A DNA stretch of 59,442 nucleotides, from the NCBI RefSeq assembly GCF_001194135.2, contig NC_068991.1:70317136-70376577 (forward strand), given 5' to 3'. The notes beneath the pieces are model-generated. The model saw nothing but the letters and a program-made list of their open reading frames with translations, did no database searches and had not been told where the DNA came from. The DNA is from Octopus bimaculoides. Its lineage: Eukaryota. Numbering within the stretch: the stretch's first letter is position 1; each line of letters begins with the position of its first letter. This document shows positions 48,740 through 59,442 of this stretch, one piece after another. A program made the position numbers and the translations under genes.

Positions 48740-48952
48740 CTTTTCTACTCTAGGCACAAGGCCCGAAATTTTGGGGGAGGGGCGCAGTCGATTTGATCGA
48801 CCCTAGTACGCAACTGGTACTTAATTTATCAACCCCGAAAGGATGAAAGGCAAAGTCGACCTCGGTGGAATTTGAACTGAGAACGTAAAAACAGACGAAA
48901 TACCGCTAAGCATTTCGCCCGGCGTGTTAAAATTTCTGCCAGCTCACCGCCT
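48740..48952 (-). mobile_element. SINE family B, young full-length copy
   Basis: Near-identical to 28858-29072; flanking direct repeat (ct)atatt. Confidence 0.95.
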
Positions 48953-49344
48953 ATATTAGTGTATCATTCTAACTGCATCTAACATTGTGAACCTTGTTCG
49001 AAATTACTAGGTTTTGGAAGAGTGTGGAACAAATTCAGAACCATTATTGTTCTCAGGTCTATTCTGACCTGGAATAATACCACTATTAAACAGTTGTATA
49101 CCCAAATTTGGCCAAATGCATTTTTTTTTTCAATATTTATTTTTGCTTGTAATAGCCTGTTCGTTTGGTCAAACTATCGTATCTCCAGCTGCTTCGGATG
49201 CCAAGATATCAAAACTAGTCAAAGTGTAGTACAACAGATTTTGCTATGGAATGGTGAAAGTATTTTGTCGATTTTTGAAAAACGTTTTGGACTTACGACA
49301 CTTTTGTATAGTAGCCACGATATATATACATATATATTTATATA

Positions 49345-49398
<54 letters not shown>

Positions 49399-49769
49399 CT
49401 ACGGTTTCTTGCAGATAGTTCAATTGACTGAAATGCTGGATGGTCCTCGTCACAATCGATGGAGATCCATTTATGCCACATAAGAGGTTTGATATTTTGA
49501 ACAGAGACACAATATACTACTGGTACTTAATTCGTAGCGTCTCCGTCCAAGCTCTGCGAGAGTCACTGATGAGTGAAGTGTGTGTGCACGTATGCGTGTG
49601 AGAGAGACAGAGAAAGAGAGTGAGAGAAAGAAAATGAGAGAGAGATAGGAAGGGGGAAGGAAAGGAGAATGTATAGTGGGAGAAAGAAATAATAATGATA
49701 CTGAAGAAATTAAAGAAGTAGATAGAGGAATGGTGGAGTGTGGTAAACTGTATGGGAAGAAGTGGTTGA

Positions 49770-50330
49770 AGGAGGAGAAGGAGGTGGTGTTGGTGGTGTT
49801 GCTGGTGGTGAAGGGGAGGATGGAGGGACGACTGAGGAAGAAGAAGAAAGTGGGAAGGAGATAAAGGAAAGGAAGGAGAAATAGCAAGAAGGAAAAGTAG
49901 AAGAAAGACAGGAAGAAAGAAGGGAAGGAAGGAGAAATGAAGAAAAGAAGGAAAAGGAGTTGCAGAAGGTGGAGGAAGAGAAGTAGGAGGAGGTGGTGTT
50001 GGTGGTTGTGTAGGGGCAGATGGAGGGACGACGGAAGTAGAGTGGGGGAGAAGAAAAATAAGAAGAGGAAGGAGAAGGAGAGAGAAGGAAAAGTAGAAGA
50101 AAGACAGGAAGAAAGAAGGGAAGGAAGGAGAAATGAAGAAAAGAAGGAAAAGGAGTTGGAGAAGGTGGAGGAAGAGAAGTAGGAGGAGATGGTGTTGGTG
50201 GTTGTGTAGGGGCGAGGGAAGAGGAGTGGGGGAGAAGAAAAATAAGAAGAGGAAGGAGAAGGAGAAAGAGAGAGAAGGAAAAGTAGAAGAAAGATAGAAA
50301 GACAGAAGGGAGGGAAGGAAGGAAGGAATG
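49770..50330 (+). repeat. Polypurine tandem repeat, ~190-196-bp unit, about 3 copies
   Basis: gaaggaaaagtagaagaaaga starts at 49888, 50084 and 50274. Confidence 0.88.
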
Positions 50331-51259
50331 AAGGAAGGAAGGGGGAAAGAGAAAAGAAGAAAAGAAGGAAAAGGAGGTGGAGAAGGGATCGAGCAATGCG
50401 AGAAGAAAGGGAATGAGAAGGGTTAAAAGAATAAAATGAAAATTAGAAAATAAAGGGGAATGTGGTGGATGAGGAGGAGGAGGTGGATGAGGAGGAGNNN
50501 NNNNNNNNNNNNNNNNNNNNNNNNNNNNNNNNNNNNNNNNNNNNNNNNNNNNNNNNNNNNNNNNNNNNNNNNNNNNNNNNNNNNNNNNNNNNNNNNNNNN
50601 NNNNNNNNNNNNNNNNNNNNNNNNNNNNNNNNNNNNNNNNNNNNNNNNNNNNNNNNNNNNNNNNNNNNNNNNNNNNNNNNNNNNNNNNNNNNNNNNNNNN
50701 NNNNNNNNNNNNNNNNNNNNNNNNNNNNNNNNNNNNGTGGCTGCGATGGCGTGAACACGAAGCAAATTCAGAAAACAACAACAATTATTACATAACTACA
50801 TGACATGTTGAGTTATCTAACAAGATTTATCCCAATTAAAAGCCCGTATTTCTAATTATATTGACTCATTTAATGTTTTATTGGTTTCTGTTATTTCAAC
50901 GAAGCTTCTCCTTTTTATTTATTTTATTTTTTTATTTTTTTCCTGTTTGTTTGTTTTTTCCCCTTCTTTTTGGCTTCCATGTTAGTTTTAAGAGTTCTAT
51001 CGCCACCTCTCGTTTCCTCATCGCATCCTCGCACGTTCCCAGGCAGTTTTTAAAGATCGTTTGCTCTTTTAGCGCTCTTTTATACATATTTCGTCTCTTT
51101 ATTCTTTCCTCTAGCTCGCCCTCCCTCCTCTCGCTCCTCTCTCTCTCTTTCTCTCTCATTTCATTACCTTATCTTTCTTTTATCCTCCTACCATCTCCTG
51201 TTTTAGTTCTATCTTTTTCTCTCTAACAACTCTGAGTCTATCTATCTGTCAGTCACACC

Positions 51260-51322
<63 letters not shown>

Positions 51323-51358
51323 ACCTACCTACCTACCAACCTACCTGTCTACCTACGT

Positions 51359-51421
<63 letters not shown>

Positions 51422-51474
51422 GTTTGTCATTGTTCTCTATCTTCCCCCTCCGCTTAAGTTTGCTGTCATCACAC

Positions 51475-51522
<48 letters not shown>

Positions 51523-51666
51523 ATGTATGTATATGTATGTATGTGAGTGCGTGTATGTGTGTGTATGTGTGCGTGTGCGCGACCGCACACAAGACATACA
51601 CACACATATTTCCTCTTTATCTTTAGTTGCATCATTCAATGTCACTTTTACAACTTTCTCTCTTTC

Positions 51667-51732
<66 letters not shown>

Positions 51733-52616
51733 ATATATATTCATATATAACTCCTTTTCTATTCCTCAAACTCTCTTTTTCCCTCAATTTTACTCAAACG
51801 TTTACTCACACCCTCACCCAATCACTCGCTCGATCTCTCATCACCACCACCACCACCACCCCCACCCCCACACACATATACATACTCATGTGTTTGAGTG
51901 TGTGCGTGTGTGTGTGCGTGCGTGTTTGTGTATGTGCGTGCTTGTGCGTGTGTGTTTCTGCGTGTGTGTATGTCGATTATATTATTTATTGACATTTCAC
52001 TGTTAAATTCTCTAAATGATTCTCTTATAATTTTTCATTTCTCTCTCTCTCTCACTCTCTCTCTCTCCCTCTCTTCCTCTCTCTCTCTCTCTCTCTTTCT
52101 CTCATGCGTGTGTGCATTGTGGGTGTGTGTGTTTCTAAATGCTTTTAATGTAACTACCCTTTTCCTTTCCCTTCCTAATATATCTATCATATCTATCTGT
52201 TTATCAAACACACCCACACCCACACACACACGCACACTCACACAGACACACACACATACACACAAACACATACACACACACACACATACACGCATGTATA
52301 TCTAGCAAGATAGAAACCCACAGACAGACATAGTTATTCACATACACACACAGACACACACACACATACACACACACACAACTTGCACATTATATATATA
52401 TATAGATATATATAGATATATATATAGATAGCTAGCTAGATAGATAGATAGATAGATACATACATACATACATACATACATACATACATACATACATGCA
52501 TACACACACATGCGCGCGCGTGCGCAAATATCTCTGCCTCTTGTCTGTTTTTCTCTCTCCGATACACAAATACTTCTGTTCACTAACTCAGTTGCCTCCT
52601 TCTTTTGCTCTCTCTA

Positions 52617-52696
<80 letters not shown>

Positions 52697-53529
52697 ATTT
52701 CTTCCTTTTTCTCTTTTTTTCGTATACTAAGACATTTCTTCAGTATCTCCACCCTCTCTATCTCTCATTTCTTTATGGTAATTACATGTAAAGTCTTTAG
52801 TCCTTATATTCCTCCTCTCCATCACACCTCTTCTTTCCCCTTCTACTTTCACTTTCACTTTCTTCTCCTCCCTCCTCCTCCTCCTTCTACGATTTCTTTA
52901 TTTTATTGTTCTGTTTTGATTTTTTTTTAAATTTATTTCGCTCCATGTAGCTATTAATTCAATTGACTCGTGAAATTAGATTGGACTAAATTTTGAATTA
53001 ACTGATTTTAATTTAGGATCAATATGGCGCTTCGACTTTTGATAGAGAAGAAAGATGGCGGAAAAGGAAGTAAACAGAAAGAAGATTCAGAGTGAAAGTG
53101 AGAGAGAGAGAGAGAGAGAGAGTATAAGGAAGAAGGGAGAGAAATCTGGAATAACAAGAACAGCAAAAACCATTAAATAAAGTGAAGGAACCAAAAAAAT
53201 CAAGCGAGTAAGGGAGGAAAGATAGAAAGGAGAAAAAAGAAGAAAATACGAAGAAAGGAGAAAGAAAGGGAGGAAGAAAGCAAGGAAGGAGGAGAAGAAA
53301 ATGTAGGTGAAATGATGCAGTAAATAGAGAATGAGAGAAACATGAAGAGGAAAAAAGGAGAAAAATGGTGAATGAAATATAGAAAGAAAATGATGAGAAT
53401 CTAGAAGATAAAAAAGAGAAGAATGAAAGAAGGATAAAATATGAAGAAATAAGAAAAGGAAAGAAACAAGGAACTAATTTTATGATAATGTTTGCACACT
53501 CATACACATACATATTCTTTCCTCCTCTC

Positions 53530-53583
<54 letters not shown>

Positions 53584-54453
53584 TCCCTCTCTCTCCTCTG
53601 ATACAGTCAAGTTAACATATATCTGTGCACATACACACGCACACATACAAGCATACACATGCAAAAGGCTATACACACACACTCACACACACATACACAC
53701 ACACNNNNNNNNNNNNNNNNNNNNNNNNNNNNNNNNNNNNNNNNNNNNNNNNNNNNNNNNNNNNNNNNNNNNNNNNNNNNNNNNNNNNNNNNNNNNNNNN
53801 NNNNNNNNNNNNNNNNNNNNNNNNNNNNNNNNNNNNNNNNNNNNNNNNNNNNNNNNNNNNNNNNNNNNNNNNNNNNNNNNNNNNNNNNNNNNNNNNNNNN
53901 NNNNNNNNNNNNNNNNNNNNNNNNNNNNNNNNNNNNNNNNNNNNNNNNNNNNNNNNNNNNNNNNNNNNNNNNNNNNNNNNNNNNNNNNNNNNNNNNNNNN
54001 NNNNNNNNNNNNNNNNNNNNNNNNNNNNNNNNNNNNNNNNNNNNNNNNNNNNNNNNNNNNNNNNNNNNNNNNNNNNNNNNNNNNNNNNNNNNNNNNNNNN
54101 NNNNNNNNNNNNNNNNNNNNNNNNNNNNNNNNNNNNNNNNNNNNNNNNNNNNNNNNNNNNNNNNNNNNNNNNNNNNNNNNNNNNNNNNNNNNNNNNNNNN
54201 NNNNNNNNNNNNNNNNNNNNNNNNNNNNNNNNNNNNNNNNNNNNNNNNNNNNNNNNNNNNNNNNNNNNNNNNNNNNNNNNNNNNNNNNNNNNNNNNNNNN
54301 NNNNNNNNNNNNNNNNNNNNNNNNNNNNNNNNNNNNNNNNNNNNNNNNNNNNNNNNNNNNNNNNNNNNNNNNNNNNNNNNNNNNNNNNNNNNNNNNNNNN
54401 NNNNNNNNNNNNNNNNNNNNNNNNNNNNNNNNNNNNNNNNNNNNNNNNNNNNN

Positions 54454-54496
<43 letters not shown>

Positions 54497-54796
54497 GATG
54501 TGTTTTGAATTTATGGAAAGAAATCCCATAAAACTGAAGAGTACATTGATATATAATTAATTTAATTAATTTAATTCAATTCAATTCAAACATGAATTTG
54601 CATGATTTTATATCATTGTACCAAACGATCGTTTGCATGAATTAAAATTGCCATATATCTTAACATCTTCTCTTCATTTTTAACTAAATTGTTGAGTTTT
54701 ATAGAATTTCTTTCCATAAATTCACAACACATCATATAGAAGTATTATTTTCATATTCGCAAATTTACGCCTGTAAACTACCAGCAAAATATGAAG

Positions 54797-55289
<493 letters not shown>

Positions 55290-55599
55290 ATATCTATATA
55301 TTAGTAAACAGAAGATTGAGAACCTTTGTTGGAGAGAGTTAAAAATATTTTACATTCATGCTATGTCTTCTTCACCGTTCATATTTGTATCTTGTAGCTG
55401 GGATTTCTGTTGGTCGAAGTACTTTTCTGTGCATTTATTTAGGTATTTCTCTGGAGTGGTAGTCACTGCAGGAGAGCAGTTCTATAATGAAAGGTGTGAA
55501 GTATTCATTCTCGTTAGTACCACGTGCGTGAGAAACATGAGCGCGCTAAAACGAGAATTAAGGAATTAAGTGTAGATGAAATAGTTGCATGTATTTAGT

Positions 55600-55800
55600 C
55601 GTCCATTTTATCTTTCGTATTTTATTTGTTTCAGCCATTGGACATCGGCCATGCTGGGGCACTGCCTTGAAGGGCTTAGTCGAAGAAATGATCGCTGTAC
55701 TTATTTTACTTCGCTTCGTACTTATCTTATCGGTGTTTTTTACTGAACCGCTATAGTACAGAGTCATAGAAGGCGACCGTGCCTGACCGATGGGGGTGGG
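55600..55800 (-). mobile_element. Old family A 3' half
   Basis: tttatttgtttcagccattggacatcggccatgctggggcactgccttgaagg...actgaaccgcta. Confidence 0.65.
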
Positions 55801-56091
55801 GGGAGACGAACACAATGAATTGGCCCTGCATGGCTGGAATCTAATGACTTAAACAGGTAAAAGAAAAGATAAAAGATANNNNNNNNNNNNNNNNNNNNNN
55901 NNNNNNNNNNNNNNNNNNNNNNNNNNNNNNNNNNNNNNNNNNNNNNNNNNNNNNNNNNNNNNNNNNNNNNNNNNNNNNNNNNNNNNNNNNNNNNNNNNNN
56001 NNNNNNNNNNNNNNNNNNNNNNNNNNNNNNNNNNNNNNNNNNNNNNNNNNNNNNNNNNNNNNNNNNNNNNNNNNNNNNNNNNNNNNNNNNN

Positions 56092-56402
56092 CAAGGCGTT
56101 GTGAGTGTTTATTAAGCGAAAACACCTAAAGCTCCACGTGGCTCCGGCAGGGGCTGGTGACGTACCCGGCTGTATTCTTCCATCACAACTTTCCCTCACT
56201 CTTTCTTCCTGTTTCTGCTGTACCTATATTTCAAAGGGCCAGCCTTGTCATACTCTGTGTCACGCTGAATCTCCCCTGAGAACTACGTTAAGGGTACACG
56301 TGTCTCTGGAATGCTGAGCCACTTGCACGTTAATTTCACGACCAGGCTGTTCCGTTGATCGGATCAACTGGAACCCACGTCGTCGTAACCGACGGAGTGC
56401 CA
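56092..56402 (+). mobile_element. SINE family C (head inside the gap)
   Basis: gagtgtttattaagcgaaaacacctaaagctccacg...cgtcgtaaccgacggagtgcca. Confidence 0.92.
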
Positions 56403-57337
56403 CGCTGTTTCTAAGTACCAAATTCACCCACAAATCATTGGTTGCTTGGGACTATAGTAGCAGACACTTGACTGGAAAGCGAGCTTCTTAGTCACACAGC
56501 CATCCGTGAGCCAATAAAAGATATGTTTACAGACACTTCTCCCGGGAGTTTTGCCAGTAATAACGATAAAAAAGATATCAAAAGATCAAATGAAATTGTT
56601 GAAGTTGCAGTAGAATTGTGGTAAACAATGTCTTGCCTATCAAATGAAAGTGTTTTTCTTTTATTATTTTTCTGTGTGAATGATGCGATCGCTGTCCTAG
56701 GTTTGCGAGCAGAATTCTCATATAATCCCTATATAGTTAATTAAGATATTATTTGCTAACTTACTGGTCCGTATTTAACAGACCAGTAACTAAAAATTCG
56801 ATAAGACAACTCGCATACACAACGTAGTTCTCACACACGTACACATACGAGAATGTAATACACAAACGGGCACGCAACACAAAATGTTACTAATTAATTA
56901 GCTATGCTTTATTAGATATGGAACCGGACACCTGGGTTAGTAATGTTGCCATTTATTCTGCTTCATTTACTCCAGATATTTCCAAAATCATTTACGGATT
57001 GATGGCTTCAACAACCGTAATAGGCGGGAAATTATTGCAGGTTCGGTAGTGGCGAATACATGCGATTCTGACAGGGACGATGTGGGGACGAGGTTGGTAG
57101 AAATTGTGTCTTGGGATTTGATTAACCGAACCAGTGGATTGTAGATTTCGTTCTGGACAGTCCGTGCAACTATGGTTGTCGATCTGAGTAAACAACTTGA
57201 TTCTCTAATACAGCATCTATGAATGTTACAGTCGAGTAAGGTCGGGTTTTCTTTTTATAGCAGTAGCATTAATAATATAAAACACACATACAGACTGATA
57301 AACCAACCACAAACAAGCACACACACATATACATGTG

Positions 57338-57394
<57 letters not shown>

Positions 57395-57683
57395 TTATAT
57401 ATGAGGAAATACGCCAGCATGTTTACAAGTAGCAAGATTTAGAAATAATCAACAATACAAGAACAATGTGTGTGTATAAATACATATATGCATGGACACA
57501 TGCATACACACACACACACACACACACACATGTATTTATATATATGTGTGTGTGTGTGTATGTGTGTTTGTGTGTGTGTGTGAATTAGATATATATGTAT
57601 ATATATATGTGTGTGTGTGTATGCATGTATGTATGTGTGTGTTTTGTGTGTGTGTGTGTGTGTGTATGTGTGCATGTGTGTGT

Positions 57684-57740
<57 letters not shown>

Positions 57741-58039
57741 CATACATATACATATGTATATATACATATATACCTGGACTCATACACATACTCCGATGAA
57801 TTACGGATTAAACCAGCAGATCTTGACCAACATTACACATGTCAATAAATTGAACTTAAATTCACTGGACAGTCATAAATAGCATCATTTTCTATACAAA
57901 TTCATCGCCGAAGGGACAAAAAGAGATTATCTAAACCCGTTTTATTTTTACTGACCGCTCTATATTTACTGCGACTGTCCACCGCGATACTGGATTTATA
58001 GCCATTTATTATTGAGGGCTTTATTACAGAAGAGACACT

Positions 58040-58283
58040 GGTTTACATTGGCGAAGTGGTTAAGAGCGCGGGCTAGTAACCCCAAGATTCCGAGTTCGAT
58101 TCCGGGCAGTGCCCTGAATAATAATAATAATAACATCGAAAAATAGCTTAGAAATGGAACCCAGATTCGAAATTTCCCCAAGACACCTGATGAGGGCTGG
58201 AGGGCATATCAGCCAAAACGTTGTGTTAACAATAAACAAGATGAGGACAAATATCCGTCAAATGTAAATAATGTAAATAATGT
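58040..58283 (+). mobile_element. SINE family T: tRNA-Thr(AGT)-like head plus hammerhead-containing body and (AATGTAAAT)n tail
   Basis: A box tggcgaagtgg (58049-58059), anticodon loop ct-AGT-aa, B box agttcgattcc (58093-58103), then (AAT)n, the hammerhead motif, and aatgtaaataatgtaaataatgt. Confidence 0.75.
58182..58227 (+). ncRNA. Minimal type-I hammerhead ribozyme motif (G12>A in this copy)
   Basis: gacac-CTGATGA-g-ggctg/gagggcatat/cagcc-aAAAC-GT-T-gtgtt: stem I gacac:gtgtt, perfect 5-bp stem II, palindromic ACGT mini stem III, GUU cleavage triplet. Confidence 0.7.
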
Positions 58284-58357
58284 TATTTTGATTGATAAAT
58301 GTGTGATGCATCAGCAGTACTTTGGTCTTAATACTATGATGGACTATCGAATAATCG

Positions 58358-58395
<38 letters not shown>

Positions 58396-58520
58396 ATGAA
58401 AGACAGACAGACAGACAGGCAGATACATACATGCATACATACATACATACATAGACTGATTGAATGACTGATTGATTGATAGACAGACAGGACAGACAGA
58501 TAGATAGATAGATAGATACA

Positions 58521-58735
58521 TTTCTTTTATTAGCCACACAGGGCTCAACGAAGATGGGACAAATACAATGTAGAGCTTTTCTTTTTGGGAGGGGGGAGGA
58601 AGGAAAAAAAAAAAAGGGGTGGTGTCGATCAAAAGGGATCGTAGGAAGGGAAAAGGGGATCGTGTATCAAACAGTAATGTTCTCGGGTAAAAAGAGGGGA
58701 GGACCGTTTAGGTTTAGCCGTGGAAGGAAAAGCAG
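58521..58735 (-). mobile_element. Probable L1/Tx1-like 3' end with (TATC)n tail
   Basis: Minus strand ends gttgagccctgtgtggctaataaaagaaat + (atct)n, similar to the 3' ends at 3830-3880 and 5008-5060. Confidence 0.45.
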
Positions 58736-59442
58736 GTAGATAGATAAATAGATAGATAGATAGATTGACTGATTTTCTTCATGGTACAAAAATAATATTG
58801 TACGAATGTTATTTTTTTTTTCTTCAAAAGCCGGTGACTTGTCGACCGAAGGACCAAATGAACGAAACCATAGCCCAGGTCTGTAAACTTTATTCAACTT
58901 ATACATAAATAATCATACACACAAACGTGTGTGTGTGTATATTTGTGCGTGTGTGTGTGCAACATTTAGAAGACATGTATGCACGCATACAGGAATATGT
59001 ACTTATATATAAGGAGAAGTGTAAGGACGAAAAGAGAGATACATAGATACGTAGGTAGAGAGTGGGCAAATATCGTCTGCTGCGAGAAATGGATAGAAAC
59101 CTTTGATGGATGGATTGGTGACATAGGGTATGTGGAGGTAGGCATGGAGGTTTGTTGAAGCGGTAGAACGCTGGGGGTTACGGGATATCACAAGGAAAGA
59201 TGTGCGTACGGAATGATGTAGAGAAGAAAATGATGTATAATGTATACAGCGAGAGAAAGTGAGATGTATAGAGATGTGCAATGTGTATTTGTGGTGGTGG
59301 TGGTGGTGGTGGTGGTGGTGGTGGTTGTGGTGGGAGGGGAGCTGACGGATATGGAGGAACACATAGACACACAGCGGGTTGGCTGGGTGTGATAGATCGC
59401 CGGATGAGGTGATGGGCAGAGAGACAGACAGACAGACAGAAA

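Noticed and set aside
58040-58115. Functional tRNA-Thr gene (likewise the heads of families A, B, C and E)
   Set aside because: Acceptor and anticodon stems are imperfect, there is no T-run terminator, and each head continues into a repeat body; treated as SINE heads.

Overview
Repeat-dense, AT-rich animal genomic DNA. About 11% (~6.8 kb) is N-gaps, most of them abutting (TA)n or (CA)n tracts. The repeat families and microsatellite load look like an octopus short-read scaffold; that assignment is inference from remembered families, not a search. I found no recognisable host protein-coding gene. The long ORFs in the track come from microsatellites, trinucleotide low-complexity DNA or N-runs. 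The window is a mosaic of retroelements. It holds at least five tRNA-headed SINE families, which I label A, B, C, E and T, plus a (AAT)n-tailed family D. It also holds decayed LINEs (R4/Dong-type with REL nuclease; L1/Tx1-like 3' ends), a Penelope-like GIY-YIG fragment, a short LTR with a tRNA-Ser(GCT) PBS, a Helentron/HINE-like element and a MITE candidate. The most notable observations are: (1) a tRNA-Thr-headed SINE carrying a minimal type-I hammerhead ribozyme core (58040-58283), with a second degenerate hammerhead at 46804; (2) a SINE family with a built-in, variable internal microsatellite; (3) fold-back palindromes made from SINE B; (4) a SINE B variant carrying a Tx1-like 3' end; (5) a miniature LTR-PBS-LTR-end structure. 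Boundaries of degenerate copies are approximate.
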